From NCBI RefSeq assembly GCF_035084215.1, contig NC_090339.1:49786001-49850000 (forward strand): a stretch of DNA of 64,000 bases, read 5' to 3'. This document shows positions 40,040 to 52,424 of this stretch, in pieces. The first letter of the stretch is position 1, and each line of letters opens with the position of its first letter. The DNA comes from Heptranchias perlo (lineage: Eukaryota). The position numbers and the translations under genes were made by a program. Under the pieces are notes generated by a model. The model did no database searches and was not told where the DNA came from. It saw nothing but the letters and a program-made list of their open reading frames with translations.

Positions 40040-41035
40040 ATCTCAGCCCCAGGACATTGCTGCAGGAGTTCCTCAGGGCAGTGTCCTAGGCCCAACCATC
40101 TTCAGCTGCTTCATCAATAACCTTCCCTCCATCATAAAGTTCAGAAGTGGGGATGGTTGCTGATGATTGCAGTGTTCAGTTCCATTTGCAATTCCTCAGA
40201 TAATGAAGCAGTCCGTGCCCACATGCAGTAAGACCTGGACAACATCCAGCTTGGGCTGATAAGTGGCCAGTAACATCCATGCCAGACAATGACCATCTCC
40301 AACAAGAGAGTCTAACCAACTCCCCTTGACATTCAACGGCATACCATCGCCAAATCCCCCACCAACATCATCCTGGGGGTCACCATTGACCAGAAACTTA
40401 ACTGGACCAGCCACATAAATGCAGTGGCTAGAAGACCAGGTCAGAGGCTGGGTATTCTGTGGCAAGTAACTCACCTCCTGACTCCCCAAAGTCTTTCCAC
40501 CATCTACAAGGCACAAGTCAGAAGCGTGATGGAATACTCTCCACTTGGCTGGATGAGTGCAGCTCCAACACTCGAAGCTCAACACCATTCAGGACAAAGC
40601 AGCCTGCTTGATTGGCACCCTATCCACCACCTTAAATATTCACTCCCTCTACCACTGGTGCACCGTGGCTGCAGTGTGTACCATCTACACGATACACTGC
40701 AGCAACTCATCAAGGCTTCTTTGACAGCACCTCCCAAACCTGCGACCTCTACCACCTAGAAGGACAAGGGCAGCAGGCGCATGGGAACACCACCACCTGC
40801 ACGTTCCCCTCCAAGTCACATACCATCCTGACTTGGAAATATATCGCCGTTCCTTCATTGTCATTGGGTTAAAATCCTGGAACTCCCTAACTAACAGCAC
40901 TGTGGAGTACCTTCACCTCACGGACTGCAGCGGTTCAAGGCGGCGGCTCACCACCACTTTCTCAAGGACAATTAGGGACGGGCAATAAATGCTGGCCTTG
41001 CCAGCGATGGCCACACAGCATGAATGAATAAAAAA
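40040..41035 (+). mobile_element. Family-B CR1-group LINE 3' ~1 kb
   Basis: IYKAQVRSVMEYSPLGWMSAAPT and ATGAATGAATAAAAAA tail. Confidence 0.88.
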
Positions 41036-41644
41036 GTGCTCAAAACTCTATTTATTAAGTCCCAAGTCTTCACAAACACTTGGCCTGCAGTTGGCTCAGG
41101 TCCAGTGGCTGCGAAAGTACAGGAGACGTCTTTTGACTTTCATGGACGTCCCTAATGAGTTGTACAGGAGGAAGGAGTAGCAAAACATTTATTTAGTGTG
41201 CCTATGGGAATACATTACGTTGCCAGGTTCATACTTATAATTTCAGTGAATGGCTGCAAAACCACAGTGATCTGGGTTTAGGGGGGGGAGAAATTGTGAT
41301 CACAGTGGAGCTAGGAGTATGGATGATTATGATGAGTATAATTGTGTTTCTGGTTGTAACATTACACAAATTCTTTGTTAGAGATTCACCCATCACAGTG
41401 CCACTTTCCTGTGTAACAGGTACTGCATAGAATTATGCAACCCACATTCTGTTTTTACTAATAGTAGATTTCAGCTCCCACTATGCTGTCCTAATCACAA
41501 ACTCAAGCTGGCTCCTTTCAGTGGCAGACTTACAAATACGATTTTTCTATGTCAGAGTTTGACACAGGAATAAGGGAGCTGGATTTGACGGCGTACATAG
41601 CAGAAGCTAGCTCTTAGATGCAGGTCTCCCAGAATTCAAGTTAA

Positions 41645-42110
41645 AACAACTTGCATTTATATAGCACCTTTAACATAGTAAAACATCCCAAGAAACACAA
41701 AGTTAGCACGCATGGACAGCAAGCAATTAAGGAAAGCAAATGGCATGTTGGCCTTTACTGCGAGGGGGTTGGAGTTCAAGAGTAAGGAAGTCTTACTACA
41801 ATTGTACAGGGCAGGAATTCTAGAGCCAAGGGCCTCGGAAGCTGAAAACATATCCATCAATGGAGCGATTAAAAATCAAGGATATGCAAGAGGCCAGAAT
41901 TGGAGGAGCAGAGAGATCTCAGAGGGTTGCAGGGCTGGAGGAGGTTACAGAGATAGTGAGGGACAAGGCCATGGAGGGATTTGAAAACAAGGATGAGAAT
42001 TTTAAAATCATGGCGTTGCCAGACCGGGAGCCAACATAGGTCAGCAAGCACCTGAAGAAATTTTTCCTCATTTCGCTCCTAAATGGCCGACCCCTTTTCC
42101 TGAGACTATA
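41645..42110 (-). mobile_element. L2 3' fragment interleaved with CR1 pieces
   Basis: L2 remnant LCWLPVWQRHDFKILILVFKSLHG on -, CR1 remnant RKANGMLAFTARGLEFKSKEVLLQLYRA on +. Confidence 0.7.
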
Positions 42111-43649
42111 ATCAACTTCAGCTGCTCATGGAACTAAGAGAAAGGCAGCAAAACTACCAATGGAAGAATCAAGAACAGTTGCCTCTGGAGGCAATAGTGC
42201 CACTAGCATATGCTTCTCAGCCAACTCATCAAGGCTAACATTTTTTTTTTGCCTGTACAGACCTTTGTTAGCAAAGGATAGTCCAGTGGCCAGAAATTCA
42301 AACTTCAATTTCAACTTGTAATCAACTGCCTATGCAGCTTGTGTTGTTGCCAGTGCTGTAGAATCCACCATGCAACATGGCTTTAGTGAACAATACAAAG
42401 TAATTCAATCTTTAGCCCTGTTACCAGCCCATTCACACTGACCAAAATATCTTGTGGTAACCCAGCTAATGCACTTTTCTAATTAGGCAAAAAGTTTGCA
42501 TCCTGATCTGCAAAATCTGGAGAAAACTTGCAAGTCATCTTGCTGTAATTGTACTGCAATGTGCAGCAGAGCACAAACTGAATCCATATCTGCTTTCTAG
42601 GGCAGTTTCAAAGTAAATATCTAAAGGGCACCTTTATTTAAAAAAGGTCAGGAGTAGGCTCTTGCAATAACAATGAACTTAACTAGCAGGTTGCTGAGCC
42701 ATGCAGTCCTGTAAGGTCTGCTGGAGATATGAAAATATTTCATACACCTATCACTTAACCAAAAGTTTAAAACCTCTGCTAATTCAAAAAGATATCAACA
42801 GCCCTCAACACAAATTTAACTGTCAATTACATCCTTTTCATTTTAGAAGAGAAATTTTTCAGGCAGACTGCAATGAATCTTGAGGTTAAGAGGTCATTCT
42901 TGTGTTCTTGGGCATACAAACTTAGCTCATTAATGCCCTTTAACATTGCAGAACAGCATCAGCAATGTTACCCAATACTGGTGCTGTGGAATCTAGATAA
43001 TTTGAATTGTTGTACTCTCCCCACAGCCTATCACGTCCTTCACTTTCCAAAAAGAAAACTACCAGTCATACAAATTACCTGGATGCAAGTCATTGGAAAG
43101 GCGAGTAAAAAAAAAGTATTTCACACTGTATTATGCACAGCTAGGTCGCACAAAAATAGTTTAGTGACAGAACGTAAATAAACTCACGGGACAGGTCAAC
43201 TGGCCTGCTCTTTCCAGAAATTACTATAATTAATGCTGAAGACAAAACTGAAATCCATGGAACGATTACTAAAGACAAAAAATCTACAACTTTTTAAAAT
43301 AAGAAACCATAAAATGCAGGACCTGCAGCTTTATATTACAGGTCCATTCGGATGTGATCGTGAAGCTGAAACTCTGGGTAGTTTGCACTTTGAAAAAGAG
43401 GATTGCATTTAGTTTAAAACGCGGAGCTAGTTAACACTGAGTAACCACGGGCACTTTTGTGATTTTTTATTTCTGGAAGACGAATCTTCAGATTCTGTCG
43501 TGGGGAAAGCTCAAGTTATCAGCTCTTGAGCATGTTTTTAAGGAAATATTTGAGTGTAGACAAGACTTAGGCCCAATTTTCCCTCCTAAAATTAAACATC
43601 TTTTCCGTTTGGGCAACAGATTATATGCTAAATCTCCACTCCCTTTTGC

Positions 43650-44400
43650 TAGGCGAAGGTAGAAAGAGCGCAGGCCGCGACCGAAGCTTCGGGATAGATT
43701 TATACACTTAGCACAGGGCGGTGGTGGAGGCTGGGAGCAGGTTTGAAGCCTTATACTCACCCTCATTCGAACCTCGTATGTGGTGTACTTACTCCTACCG
43801 ACCCCGACCGTCTGCGGGTTGAAGATATCGATCTCTAGGAAGTTGCTGGGAGGCCCGTAAGCATCGTTTAGATCTTGCGGCTTACTGTGAAGCCTGCGGG
43901 TGTCAGCCACCCCCACTGCCTCCGCCATCTTGAGATTGTTTTTTTTTAATGATTTAAACCTCCGCTCCGCTTATTTTATCCCCAGCACTCGCTCTGGAGA
44001 CTTTTAAAATGTAAAAATACACAGACTCCACCCGCAGCCGGCATAACCCAATAACACAACGTCCAACGTTCACCGTCACGCGTTAGCTATTCAGGTTTCC
44101 GAGGGACGGGCCAAATGGTTGGAACCCAGGATTATGCATAAATCAATTTCCGCGCCTCACTACCACACGGGAAACTGGGTTATTCATGTTACAGGGTTCG
44201 CTCTCCCCGCAATTCGCCGCCGCCCGTGAAACTGGGTTATTCATGTTACAGGGTTCGCCCTCTCGGAGCCAGGAAACCGGGCGGGCCGCGACACGCGCTT
44301 AGAGGCGCAAAGTTATCCAATGAAAAACGCAATGCTGGAGATATTATACTCAGATTCCGGGGTGGTGAGCCGCCCACCTTTGCACGAGCAGAAGGCGACT
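43650..44400 (-). promoter_or_regulatory. SNX12 CpG-rich promoter/first exon region
   Basis: CpG-dense relative to the flanks; YY1-type AAGATGGCGG overlapping the ATG, CCAAT near 44317 and a 31-bp direct repeat at 44171-44201/44228-44258. Confidence 0.7.
43761..43928 (-). CDS. SNX12: Sorting nexin 12, coding exon 1 (168 bp)
   Basis: CAAGATGGCGG start context; MAEAVGVADTRRLHSKPQDLNDAYGPPSNFLEIDIFNPQTVGVGRSKYTTYEVRMR; donor AGG|GTGAGT. The four exons total 492 nt = 163 aa plus stop. Confidence 0.96.
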
Positions 44401-44411
44401 CTCATTGCATT

Positions 44412-44984
44412 TTTCCCCCTTTTTTTAGCCCCCCCCCTTTTATAAAGGGGAGGGGGTTTAGGGTGTGTTTATGTGCAGAAACCAAAAAAAACCAAAACAA
44501 GTGTCAAATTAAAATTTTATTATTTCGGTCCAGGATGCACTCCAGTCCCTGCGGTGCCCACCGGTCGCGGAAAACCTCAAGCGTTCCGGTAGACACCGCG
44601 TGCTCCATCTCCAGGGCCACCCGGGCGCGGAAGAGAGGCAGACAGTCCGAGCGACTGCCCCCAAGAGCCACGTCTAACCTGGACCTGTGGATAGCCACCT
44701 TGGACAGGCCCAGAAGCAGGCCCACAAGGACGTCCACCGACCTGCCCACCCCCCCCCCCCCCCCCCCCCGTCACCGGGCGGCCAAAGATCAGTAGCGTGG
44801 GACTGAAGTGCAGCCAGAACTTGAGGAGCAGTCCCCTTAAATAGTCAAACAGGGGCTGCATCCTCCCACACCCTGTGAACAAATGAAAAACGGACTCGTC
44901 CAGGCCGCAGAAATTGCAGGCGGCCTGGGAGTCCATGAAGTTGCATAACCGCCTGTTGGTTGCGACTGCTCCATGCAACAAACA
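44412..44984 (-). mobile_element. Tx1/L1-clade LINE 3' fragment (C-terminal CCHC zinc knuckle) with 11-bp TSD
   Basis: LHGAVATN...CNFCGLDESVFHLFTGC (CX2CX7HX4C) ending ...NKILI-stop; A/G-rich tail; TSD CTCATTGCATT at 44401-44411 and 44985-44995. Confidence 0.85.
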
Positions 44985-47444
44985 CTCATTGCATTGAATC
45001 ACCTTTATAGGAATTGAACTATTCGTTCTTTATGGTGTCTTGGAGCATGGTGCCTTTAAACGAACATCTTTTGCAATAAATTCTTCATGTGTTTGCCCTT
45101 TGTGGCTCCAGGCTGTGAAATTTCTTCTTCGTTAGTTAACTGTCTTCTTCCAGATTGATTCGCTCTCTTGGATTGCTCTCCACTGCAATTTGATTATTTT
45201 CTACTTTTACATTTGCCAATTATTTACGCAATTTTCTTCCAGATTTCAATTTTCTCCCCAATCACATTTTATGAAAACAATTAGTTGAGAAACAGCTGTC
45301 ACCTTTACTACATCAAATACCCCTGAAAACAAAATGAATCAAAAATATTTTTACAAATTCACAAACGTATCGGTTAAGTTGGCTACAATAACTCCCCTCC
45401 CCCATTCCACAAATAGTATACCTCTGAATGAAAAACAGAAAATACTGGCTACACACAGCAGATTAGACAGCATTTGTGGCGAGAACAGACAAATTTACAT
45501 TTCAGATGTGGACCCTATTTCAGAACTGCCTCTGAATATCATAATTCAGATCCTTCATTTCTGGTATCATTGTAGTAAATCTGTTTTGCACTTTCTCCGG
45601 GGCTATTATATCCTTCCAGCATCTAGGAGCCCCAACTACACATAATATTCCAGATGTGGCCGAACCATCTTCAGTCATCATTACATCCCTCTCGATATAA
45701 ACTGCCAAAATCCTATTTGCATTTTTAATGGATTTTTTTAACCTGTCCACCCACTTTTAAAGATTTATGTATCTGCACACCTAGACCCCTTTGCCCATTT
45801 ACTGCATTGAGAACTTGACCATTCTTTATTCTTGTTCACAAAATTTATTGACTTACAGTTTTCTGTATTAAACTGCATTTGACATTTAACTGCCTATTTC
45901 CTTATATTTTTGGCTGCTCTTGTACTTTCTCAACCTTTGAAGACTTCCTTCGTTCACCTTTGTAGATACTGAAGCAAAGTATTCATTAAGCAAATTCTAG
46001 TGCTGCTTTCAGAGATACTGTCTCTATCAGAGCCCCAAAAAGATTTAATTGAAAATTATTCGATTTAATGATTATCTTTACAATGGATGGATATTTCAAA
46101 TGTTAATTCTGTGATCAGTCTCAAAGTTTTATTTGTAACTGATGTGCACATAATGTTAAGAAGGCTGGGTATTCCAGTGTCTGTGAATTAACTGCTAGGT
46201 GCATATAACACTTTATTATTGTAGTTATTAAGTAAAAGGAGATCCAATGTAAATTTTGATTTAGAATTGGTATCATTGTCATAAAGCAAATCAGCGTTGT
46301 TGTTTTTATAATTGATGTATTCAACCTGAGGGGCAATACCATCTTCAAGGCTTTTGTTTGAACTTAAAATGAAAAAAACATCCTTATAACTCAGGGGTAT
46401 ATTGTGTTTTTCAATTGTTTAATACATTGTGCCACTATATGGAACTGGATGAATAGAGCTCCATAAGCAGACCGTGAATGTATACCACCAAATAATTTCT
46501 GCTTTTTTCAGAGAGTTAGTCCCTCCAATCCCAAATAGGGACATGGCCAAGCAAATACAATGTATGCACCTATATGCAGCCCTGTTTTTCTGACTCTGAC
46601 CTTCTGTGCATCCCTTCATCATTTTTAAGAGTTTTCAGCTAACTTGGTGCTACTCTTTGCAACTCCCTCCCTAAACCTGTCTCCATTTTCTCTCCACCTT
46701 CTAAAACCTTTTAAAAGATCCAGGCTTTCAGACAGCCCACATCTTTGATTTCCTGACTCGATATCTGTTTTCTTATGTCTATTTGTGAAGCACCTTGGGA
46801 CATGACTTTACATTAAAAGTGCTATATGAATGTTAACTGTTACTGTTATTCAGATTCTTGGCTCCACAGCCTTGAACAAAAGAAACAATGTAGCATTAAA
46901 AAGATAAAGTCTGGCAAGAGCTGGCAACACTGGACAAATCCTTGATGTAAAATTTTGAACAGCTTGCATTTGTGTAGTGTTCCTCATATAAAAGAAAATG
47001 TTGCAGAGCACTTAACTGAGGAAAAAAGTGGACACAACCAGGTAAAAAGAGAACATTTTGGATTGGAAAAGAGACTAAAGGCATAGTCAAAGAGAAAAAT
47101 GTTTAAGGGGATTTTGAAGGCAGCAGGGATGTAGCAAGGCAAGTTGGTTTTTGGGGGTGTACTCCAGAGGGTAGAGGTGTAGTGATTGAATGATGGGCCT
47201 CTAATACTGGAGCAGAGGGAACAGGTGAGAATAGTAATTCAGTCAGAGGAGCAGAAAGTTTGGGCTGGGACATACTGCTGTCAGATTGGGTGTGTTAAGG
47301 CAATGCAACGATTTCTAGATGAGGGCAAGGATCTTAAAGTCAATTCGCTGGGGCACAGAGCCACTGCAGCTCAACAAAGATTGGGGGATAGTTGTGTTAA
47401 TCTCTGTGTAGGAGAGAACCTAAACTATAAATTAGCTTAATGTA

Positions 47445-47527
47445 GGGAGTCGCACAACACCAGGTTATAGTCCAACAGCTTTATTTGAAATCACACGCTT
47501 TTGGAGTTTAGCTCCTTCGTCAGGTGA
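47445..47527 (-). mobile_element. Diverged Penelope-like 3'-end fragment with degenerate hammerhead core
   Basis: Minus strand ATCAC-CTGACGA-AGGAG-CTAAA-CTCC-AAAA-GCGT-GTGAT...GGACTATAACCTGGTGTTGTG; GAAA is mutated to AAAA. Confidence 0.65.
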
Positions 47528-48620
47528 TGCTTAAGTTTGTGAGAGGTGGAGGAGGAATGCTGTTTTTAAACATTTGTTCTTGGGATGTAGGCAAGAATGG
47601 TAATACCTGAATTGCACTGAGAAGGTAGTGATAGGCCTTCTACATCGTAACAATTGTTTTCACAACAGAGTGGCTTGCTAAGTTACCTCAGAGTGTATTA
47701 AGAGTCAACCACACAGTGTGGGAATCAAATGGGTAATATTCTGGAGGTAAAGAATGTGGTTCTGCAATGGGCTGGGCATAAAATTAGCCTCTTGGTTGTA
47801 CAGGGTGTCAATTTGTGCACTAATGGATTTAGCCTGAGGGGACAACTGGGAAGAATGATGGAGTTGAAGCCAGTGGCACAGATGCTGGCAGGAGCTAAAA
47901 AGGATGGCTTTGGTTTTGTTGATATTGACCTGAAAGAAATTTGGACTCATCCAGGAAATGGTGTTGAATATACCAGCAGAAAGTATAGCAACAGCCTTTT
48001 CAGTGTTGAGATGTATACTTGAGATATCAACTCTGTCAAAAATATAAATACTGTTAAAAGCAGTAAATTCCATCATGTGAGGTGCAGGGGACACATCAAT
48101 ATATTCTTCTGTCCCTTAACCTTTTTATTCCCCTGTCCTCTCTTTCTCTCCTCTGTGTTTTCTCTTTCTTTTGTATTTCTCTTTCTTTATCATCTGACTG
48201 GCTGTGAAAGAAAGGGAAAATTTACATTGATAAATCAGCACCGACAGCAGATTAGGGACACCCAGAAAAAATACCAGTTTTGTGTGTTTCTGGAGCCAAG
48301 TGGGTCCAGAGTTGGATTGTTAGTATACATTCAAGTCCTAAAGCATTTCGGCAGGCTATGTATCTCTTGTACTGTGTAGTAATACTGCACTGTCAGGATT
48401 CTGCCAGAAGATCTCAGTTCACCATGCAAGTCATAGCTCACCCTCTAGTGACTAGTAATGAGCATTGCAGGGTTTGAAAGACAGAGCATGCCTAAAATGC
48501 AGGCCTTGGACAGGGGTTGGGGGGAAATAGGGGTGTAGGGCCTGGCTCACCCAATTAGCACCCAGATACTCAAAACTGAGGCTGCGTGAATGCCACTGAG
48601 GCAACAGAGAAGCATAGCAT

Positions 48621-48919
48621 GGATTATCCCAAATCGGCAGTCAGACACGAGCAGAGCAGCAAAGTCCAGCCTTAACACGCATGATACGAGGGGGATCAAC
48701 CTCCTGAAAAGGCGATTGGGATAACAGTTAGAGACAGATAATACGAGCGGACGTGGAGTGAATGTACGGCATCGTGTATCTGTCTATAAAATGTTTCAAC
48801 ACTGCATCTGTTGGGGTGATTGAGAGGGAGCAGCATATAAAACAAAGCGGCAACTTGAATTATTTGCTGTCACGTCAGACCTTTGGTCATTGCCCGCCCA
48901 CCATAAGTTGGGGCCCAAC
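48621..48919 (+). ncRNA. Candidate structured RNA element of unknown family (multi-hairpin, CpG-rich)
   Basis: Five to six stems traced by eye (see findings). G-U pairs favour the + strand. 13 CpG versus about 2 in the preceding 300 bp. No evidence of expression. Confidence 0.4.
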
Positions 48920-49769
48920 CCAAATTCCCGTTCCCAGCTACACCAATGGGGAAAAACTTTCTTAGACTGAACTGGCCTAGATGAAATTTCCACTTAGTGA
49001 TCTATAGTCCATACCACTCAGAAAAGTGGTTTCACGAGAACAATGGGTGAAAATTTGTGAGCTACAAATAAATACATAAAAATATTGCTATTCTACACAG
49101 AAAAATAGACATAAAACATTTACAATTTAAAAAAAATTCTTTATACTTTTCACATGTGGGTGAGGTGCTGGAGAACAAAGCCTGCCCATAGAATTGTATC
49201 ACAGTGACAGCCAGTTCCTCAGAAGATGAGGGCATAAAATTGCTAGAGAAATGAGCCTACTCTCTCCAACAGACTGTACACAATTTGCACTGCCACAGAC
49301 AACAACTAATTAATTAATCTTTTGTTGGAGGTGAATGCCACAGGCAAAACTTCCTTGACAGACTAAAGTAAGTGATTGAAAACTCCAGGATATCAATTTA
49401 ACATTACAACTGAAATTATCCAACCATAATTGCATTGCACAGATGCCAGTCCCATGTATTAGTAGGACCAGTACTGTAGTGTTCTATATAATATTTCATC
49501 GCCTACTGTATGTCCATACTTATCTTTGTGATCTTCAATTCTAATCTGAACCAGATATTTTTCCAATGCTTTTTAACAGATTTAATCAACACCACAGTAA
49601 CTGCTTTTGATGCGAGTCTTTTCCATATAATTACTACAATGTGGAAAGAAAAATTGGAAAGCCTATTTTGGTTGATGGAAGGTCAAAATTCAGTTGTGAT
49701 GCCCCTTCCTTCTACAATGAACATAAAACTCACTAGTCAGTAGTTTCCTGGGTCACTTTTGCTACCTTT

Positions 49770-50700
49770 TAAAAAAAATTACGAGTAATATCTTCGTTTC
49801 TCCAATTCCCAGGCATTCCTCCAATATTCAGTGATTTTTGAAAAATTTGTGTCAGAGTTCTTGCAATTTCCTTCCTTATTTCCTTAAAGATTCTCGGATG
49901 CATCTTATCCGGCCCCTGAGATTTATTCACCTTAGGTTTGCACAGCTGTTCGACAACCGTGCTGGTAGTAATGTAAATAGTGTCACAACTTACCCTCTAG
50001 TTTCCTTGCTAGATAAAATATGTTACCTGTTGGTAAAAACTGAGGCAAAAAACTTATTTAGCACTTTTGCAGCCTGTGTAGCATCAGTTGTCATGCCCTC
50101 ACCCGGTCCCACTCCAAGCCTCGTTTTTCTTTTTCTCTTAATATAACTAAAAAAAAATGTTATATTATTATTCTCCACTTCTTTTGCCATATCGAATTCA
50201 TAATTTTTTTTTTTACCATTTTGATGTCCTTTTTACACTTCAGGCTTGGCTTTTGGTATTGAAACTCCAGGCATGCCTTTTGGTACTGAAATAAAATACT
50301 TGATTTAAACCATTTCAGAACAAGAAAAGATACAATCCAAACTCCTTGTACTTTCTTTTCGCAGCTTGAACTCACATGGAGCCCTTATAGGCCCCTCTCG
50401 TGGTTAAGAAAGAGAAGTAGGAACTGGGGACCATGAACTGTTTCTCAATTACACTTCTGACTTGACTTTGATGTTAAAACAGACTCATTTCATGATCAAA
50501 TTAATCTTTCCAATGGTCAGGCAATTGAGATAGTAACTATTTCTAACAATTAAGTAGATACGGTGTGAACAGTAGTCTCTTGGACATCTGATGGCCATTT
50601 GTTTTTGACACCCGACTTCTCTTAGTATAAAGCTCTTTTATTCGTAAAATCAATTATGATAATTAAGCATCTTAGTTACCAAGATAGGCTAGAGCTGAGA
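49770..50700 (-). mobile_element. Old degenerate CR1 fragment
   Basis: The minus strand near 49800-49935 translates to KVNKSQGPDKMHPRIFKE...GMPGNWR, homologous to the CR1 pre-RT region. Confidence 0.6.
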
Positions 50701-50714
50701 CTCTACACTTTAGA

Positions 50715-51507
50715 ACATAAGTAATAAGAACATAAGAAATAGGAGCAGGAGTAGGCCATACGGCCCCTCGAGCTTGCTCTGCCATTCGATAAGATCATGG
50801 CTGATCTTCGACCTCAACTCTACTTTCCTGCCCGATCCCCCATGCCCATATCCCTTGATTCCCCTAGAGTCCAAAAATCTTTCTATCTTAGCTTTGAACA
50901 TATTCAACGACTCAGCATCCGCAGTCTTCTGGGGTACAGAATTCCAAAGATTCACAACCCTTTAGATCTAACGAGGTCTATAAGACAATGAAGGGAATAG
51001 ATTGTGTTTGAGTTGACAGTTTGTCCCAATTAAATAGGTTAGGGAGGACCAGGGTTGCAATTTTAAGTTGTGCAAGGCTAGATCTAGGTTAGATGTCAGG
51101 GGATGGTTCTTTTCCCAGAGAATAGTGGACCTCTGGAACAGGCTGCCAGCTCGTGCGGTTGTTGCTGATTCGCTAAATCCCTTCAAGCGAGAGCTGGACC
51201 TGTTTCTGGCTGGGGCGGAGATCACCTGGTACAAAAGGTAGGTACTGCATAGAGTAATCAGGGCCAAAGTGATCTCCTGGACTATTTTCGATCCCCTAGT
51301 GGGGTCGGAGAGGAATTTTTCCAGATTTTTTCCCCCAAATTGGCTTGGGTTTTTATCTGTTTTTTTTAACCTCTCCCTGGAGATCACATGGTTTCAGATC
51401 ATGGGGTTTCAGGTGCGGTGGAGAGTGTATACAGGTATCACAATTGTATGGGACAGGCTGGATGGAAGAGAATGTCTTTTCCTGTCCGTCACTGCTTGTA
51501 TGTTCGT
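50715..51507. mobile_element. Two CR1 3' fragments in opposite orientation (- 50715-50965; + 50966-51507)
   Basis: NLWNSVPQKTADAESLNMFKAKIERFL with (ACATAAGA)n tail, and FSQRIVDLWNRLP on +. Confidence 0.75.
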
Positions 51508-52424
51508 AATGCACTCATTTGTAAATTCACATACATTGACACTTGCCAGCAATTGAAACCACTCCTACGTCTGATTAGCATGCTTGGAATCAACAAAGGA
51601 ACATAATTTGATTAGCACCTAGAACCAAGCTTGGCTAATGTACAAGTTAAAAACAGTCCATGCAAATTGCAGACAGCTTCAGTCTTCATTTCAAAGTTTA
51701 ACAGAAGAAAGAACTCGCCTTTCACAACCTCACGATGTCCCAAAGTGCTTTACAGCCAACAAAGTACTTTTGAAGTGTAGTCATTGTTGTAGTGTAGGGA
51801 AAGATACCCTCCATCTTAACTATGGCTATTTCTAAAAACACATTTACCCTGCAGATATATGGTCAAATAAAAATATAGAAATCTCCCAAATTATCACAAG
51901 ACAAACTATGCACCTTTGAATTTTGCTTCATGCAGTAAATAATAAAATTAAAAAAACTTGCATTTATGTAGCAGTTTATATCTTACAGAAATGTCTTAAA
52001 GTGTCTCACATTCAATTAATTATTTTAAAGTGCAATGACTATTGTTATGTAAGCAAATTCAGCTGTCATTTTGTGAAAAACAAGATCCCACAAACAGCAG
52101 TGAGATGGCGCTGACCAGTTCATTTATTTTTATGATGTTGAGGAATGATGCCTTTTAACATCCACCTGAACCACCAGGACAAGTAGACGGAACCATTCAA
52201 ATGAGGGTACTTGTGATATTCAGCATCACTTCAGTCAGAATATGTGCTTAAATCCTCTTTTGGAGTTTCTGCCCAGAAACCTGTGATTGAGATGAAACTG
52301 CTACCAACCAAACATATATAACTTTCCCCAGCTTTATTAAGGCTGGTGTTCCCCTCTCACCCCCCTTTTCCCCTGGCTCTGTACTTGCTTATAAACTGTT
52401 AGAGTTAAATCTCTAACTCCTTCC

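Noticed and set aside
18633-43928. Assignment as SNX3 (with FOXO3 and SLC16A10)
   Set aside because: Diagnostic residues (EIDIFNP, SCVRRRY, ERDSK, DRNYVPGKVRQ; [12 protein letters not shown]) match SNX12 and MCT8.
44226-44795. 189-aa Arg/Pro-rich ORF divergent from SNX12
   Set aside because: It runs through the promoter into the antisense strand of the Tx1/L1 fragment; a GC-content artefact.
47490-47527. Active hammerhead ribozyme
   Set aside because: The catalytic GAAA is mutated to AAAA and the stem III palindrome is broken.
48621-48795. H/ACA snoRNA, rRNA fragment (GGGATAACAG) or hammerhead as the identity of the structured island
   Set aside because: ANANNA-like hexamers exist, but there is no host intron or properly placed ACA box. 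The rRNA-like match is only about 10 nt, and there is no exact CTGANGA core before the stem-GAAA.
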